From Welwitschia mirabilis (lineage: Eukaryota), in contig JBOZIK010000001.1 in assembly GCA_051453625.1 (NCBI GenBank), positions 12,858,378-12,899,325 on the forward strand: DNA of 40,948 nt, read 5' to 3'. The position numbers were made by a program, and so were the translations under genes. Shown here piece by piece: positions 36,951-40,948 of the stretch. Below the pieces are notes generated by a model, which ran no database searches, was not told the origin of the DNA, and saw only the letters and a program-made list of their open reading frames with translations. How positions within the stretch are numbered: the first letter of the stretch is position 1; every line of letters begins with the position of its first letter.

Positions 36951-38199
36951 AAGATTAATAGAATCAAGAAAGACTCATCTGACAATAAAGCACTAAGACA
37001 CTATGAAGCATTTAAGAATAAGAATGAACTTGACATAATAGTCAAAGAACTATGGTCTAATATTATGGAGTGATAAAATATCCAAACTAAAATTGATAGG
37101 ATATATGAAGCTAACATGCTAGAGATTTTTTATAAGCATATTTCAAAACACTTAGAGATGAAGTTATGAAACTAGAAGATTAATAACATAGCTAACATGA
37201 TGTTGTTCTTATTTAACAAAGACAAAGTTTGCCAACCATCAAAGTATGATGTCTAAATGCTAAAATGAGATAGGAAGTCATGTTTTCCTTGTTAAGAAAC
37301 AATAAAAACCTCTTCCTCCTCCTTATTTACCAAAATACTATTAATTAAACAATGCTAATATTATCCTACTTATCTTTTCTTTACCAAATAATATGATTTT
37401 GTATTAGTAATGTACAACTTTCAAAATCAGTATAGTACACTTTGCTAGATTTAGTAATAAATAAGCTTATCATATAAAAATAAGAAAAAATTAATAATAT
37501 TGTCAAAGTTATTTGAAGTTAACATGTGAACAAAGTCCTTAAAAAGAATTAATTATAACACATATTTTATTTTGTCTTAGCTATAAAAGTGATCTTTGTT
37601 TTATGAGTTTAAAGCATTCATATTCCCACATTTCTTTTATCTCCAGTAATTTTATTACCATTTCCTATAGTACTTTTTTGAATACATGGACTTTTGATTT
37701 TTACTCTTGTTTCAATTTTTCTTAGTTTATCGCATGATGCATTATTACATCATTAAATCCAAAAGAAAATTCTAATAGTGATAATTTAGAAAAATGCAAT
37801 TTAAACTTTTTTAAGTTTATTAAAGTTTATAGTAATGTAGATAATGTATCATAAGTGTTTCATCTCCTATGTAACTCCCACATTACTAAGCATATTATAT
37901 TGAGTCTACATGATGTATTAACATTATTGAATATTATTAAGAAAGCTAAACAATTAGATTTACATTATTTTTACCAGACACTAATGCTACCAAAATCATG
38001 AATATATACTTTTTTTTTTAATAAGCTATCAAATGAATCTATTATTGTACAAAAAGAATTCCTCTTTGAAAGATAAAAAATAACTCTAGTATTATTTCAT
38101 CTTACTCTCTGAATCTTTAGCAAAATCTTAACAACATTAATTTTGATAAAGTAAAGATGAAGTCACCTTATAAAAAGAAATATTATGAAATGTGCTTTT

Positions 38200-40600
38200 A
38201 GATGTTTTTGATAAGTGGATATACTACTAGTCTAAATGAATCATTGTTACTTTAGACATTTCTTCATTTTAAATGAGGCTAATAAAATTATTTCTAATGT
38301 AAATCATACCTCATATAAAGATCACTTCATGTTGGTACTAAAAAATTTTATCAATTCCACCGTATCTTCAGAAAGAAGAAGTATTCCATTAGCTTCATTT
38401 AGATACAAGAATCTTCATGTAATCTTAAAAGACTAAAAGACTAAACAAACTATAGTTAAAAGATACTATTTTATCATGGGGTCATACTACAGTACATTAC
38501 AATTTTGTTAAAATAAATAACTCCTAAGGAAAGAAATGAATCATACTAACTATGAGCTATACTTTAAATTTTACTTATATAAATAAATCTAGTTTTTAGC
38601 ATTATAACAAATAAGAGATGTTATAAAGAAAAGCTTTCTGTCATCAATTTTTTTTTTTGAAATTCTTATTAGAATAGTTTATTATCTTAAAAAGATAATT
38701 AAATATGAAGACAAACAAAGGTAAATAATTAGAATTTATTTATTTCTCAAAGTCATCATCACGAGAAGAATATTTCACTTCATCGAAGCATTAAGTCAAA
38801 GTATCCAAAACAAAGGGTAAGCACCTAGTAGATCATGAAACTAAAACATTAATAAAATGTATAACATCCAAGATAGTGTTTTAACTACTTTAAGAGACTA
38901 CCCGTGTTATCTTGCATAGCTAAAATGAATCCAAGTTATGGAAATGTTTGAAATAAACATGTAAATTTTATTAGAGTAAGTAAATTATTGTTATTATACA
39001 TGTGATTAATTTTCTAATATTTTTACTAATTTTTATACTATAAGGTCTTGCAAAAAAATATAGTTATATATAGAAATAGAAGAGCATTTCATGAAAAAAG
39101 AAGATAACAAAGCACTAAAAAAGCTAGTGCATTCTTGGATTTGGAACCTTAAGAAGGATCAAATATTAAAGAATAATTGAATTTTGAAAATTTTAATAAA
39201 TAAAGATATTTGAGAATGTTTTTACTATGCCTATGCATTTAAGATGATTAAAATAAAGGAGGAAGCTAAAGAAAAATTAAAGTAAGCTAATATAATAATT
39301 TTGGAATGGTAAAACCAGTAACTTTTTAATAAAATAAATGAGACAAATAAGAATAAGGACAAATTTCAAATGAAAGTCTTTCAAGTTTTAAAAAAGTATA
39401 GATTAAAAGTGAAAGATTTCCTTAATAAGTGAAAAGCAAAACTAATAAAATTCAAAAGTGATAAGGAGATGCTCCATCTATACCTTAATGAAATATAAAT
39501 AAAACTTACTTAGTTCAAAGGAAGGAATTCTTAGATTTTATAAGAAAGGGATAAAAGGATAAACACCATCAATAAATCATGAAGAACCATTGATAATATT
39601 TTTATTTAACTTAACAAGCTTCATCTAAGATCAAGTAAAGCTCTTTCTAAACAACAAATGCCTTCTGAGCTAGAGTAATCCATGCAACTTGAAGGAGTTA
39701 CTAGAGAAGCTAAAAATTCAACCATCAAAGTAATAGAAGTAGTCACTATTGATAATTTTATTGAATAAAATCCAAAGTATATATGTAAAAACTATTTCAA
39801 TGTTTATGTAAATCTTGCTATCTCATAATTTTTTCTTATATACTTACCTTGCAAGTGTTATTTTGTTTTTAAATTAATGAAATATGAAGTTATGCAAAGT
39901 ATTTTTATTTTTATTATTTAACTACAGGTAAGAATAACATGAATTCTTAACATGAAGTAAATTATTTAAATTAAAAAATTTATCTTCATAAAGTTTTCTT
40001 TTTTCAATGAAGCAAGTTTGAAGCCAAAATATTAAAGTAATATTAAGTAATAAAATAGCTAGCCACCAAAACAATACCTTATGAAATAGGTTACTAAAAA
40101 AAGTGAAAATGTTAAAGTTCCTTAATGTTAATATCCTATTGTATTCTAAGATAAAACCTAAAGATGAATTAATTTTGAAGATAATGAATATGATGAAGAT
40201 AAACAAGTTAACAAGATGAATATAAAATAATTATAGATGAATTCAAAATCTAAGATAAGTCTAAGTGTAAAACCAAATTAAAACTAAAGAAAGGTATTGT
40301 AAGTTAATTAATTTAAAGTAAAAACTATTAACTTAGCTAATAAAACATGAAATGATATATTTCATTTCACAAGTAAAAAATATAACCATTCCTATTTGGT
40401 AAAATACTATATAGATAATGAACACTGATTATAAAATATAGACTTATGGAATAAGAAGAAATATTTCATACTTAGATGAAGTGTGATGAAGCATCTAAAG
40501 TTACACAAGACTAAGTTTAATACTTAGACAAGTAGCAGGTGGATCATCCACTAACTAACTACCTAAAATTAGGTATAATATTATATACTACTCATCTTAT
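38200..40600 (+). pseudogene. Highly decayed Ty1/copia pol relic
   Basis: Weak motifs in copia order: DKWI (PR-like, ~38210), ISNVNH, T-CYL (~38900), HVNFIRV (38958-38978), SMQLEG (~39680), atgaagcaagtttgaa (cf. MKxEFE, ~40007), and caagtagcag..ccactaac (cf. QVADxxTKPL, ~40529-40555). Confidence 0.4.
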
Positions 40601-40670
40601 ATAAAAATATATATTTATAATAATATTTAATTATTAATCAATAAATTATGTTCTTAATTTATTAATAAAG

Positions 40671-40948
40671 TGTATCCAACTTGTAATTAATCAATCTTAT
40701 CATTGTCATACATGTCAAGGTTACTTTTGCACATATCCATTCAACTTGTCATTGATCAATCTTATCAAGTAAGAGAGATTTCTTTATCTTGTAAGTAAAA
40801 TGATGTAGATGGTCTTGAACTGATATACTAAGGACCTTTGGCATACCATCTATTTATAAATAGATCCCTCTCTCTTCTTCTCAAAACTAGTATTCTTAAA
40901 GAAACTTTATGCTACCAAATTTTCTTTGCAATATTTCTTCCTTTTGAG
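40671..40948 (+). repeat. Probable LTR U3/TATA region running off the window end
   Basis: 26-bp direct repeat (40677-40702 and 40742-40767), TATA tataaatag inside a perfect 18-bp palindrome (40848-40865), then a CT-rich tract. No partner LTR found in the window; start coordinate uncertain. Confidence 0.35.

Noticed and set aside
39922..40206. 94-aa hydrophobic minus-strand ORF
   Set aside because: Reverse complement of A-rich decayed TE sequence; no domain evidence.
1..40948. Fungal RIP as the cause of the AT bias
   Set aside because: The elements (Sirevirus, Athila-like, Tekay-like) are plant lineages, and methylation-driven deamination explains the pattern without invoking RIP.

Overview
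AT-rich, gap-containing plant nuclear DNA made almost entirely of old, decayed transposable elements. No intact protein-coding gene, RNA gene or CRISPR array is supportable. From left to right: (1) a Ty3/gypsy chromovirus (Tekay/Del-like) LTR retrotransposon, 1-8628 (+), with a 5' LTR cut by the window edge, PBS, gag-PR-RT-RH-INT-chromodomain pseudogene, PPT and 3' LTR. A small MITE-like insert sits in the 5' LTR only. (2) A short AT-rich interval with a probable copia RNase H relic, a perfect tRNA-Met PBS and a degenerate inverted-repeat pair. (3) An Athila-like gypsy element with no visible pol (LTRs 11737-13917 and 29087->30653). (4) Nested inside it, a full-length Sirevirus (SIRE, Ty1/copia), 17912-29026, with a perfect ACTTG target-site duplication, gag, pol, an env-like ORF and multiple PPTs. 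(5) Very decayed relics of a hAT transposase (-) and a copia pol (+), then a probable LTR at the right edge. C->T/G->A decay is pervasive. Most long ORFs in the supplied track are N-gap artefacts, and the ~100-N gaps are flanked by duplicated sequence. I found no convincing new biological system. The best leads are CpG-palindrome arrays (one upstream of the env-like ORF with its own TATA box), the pol-less Athila derivative with an unidentified ORF relic, and a GC-rich island carried inside the Tekay LTRs.
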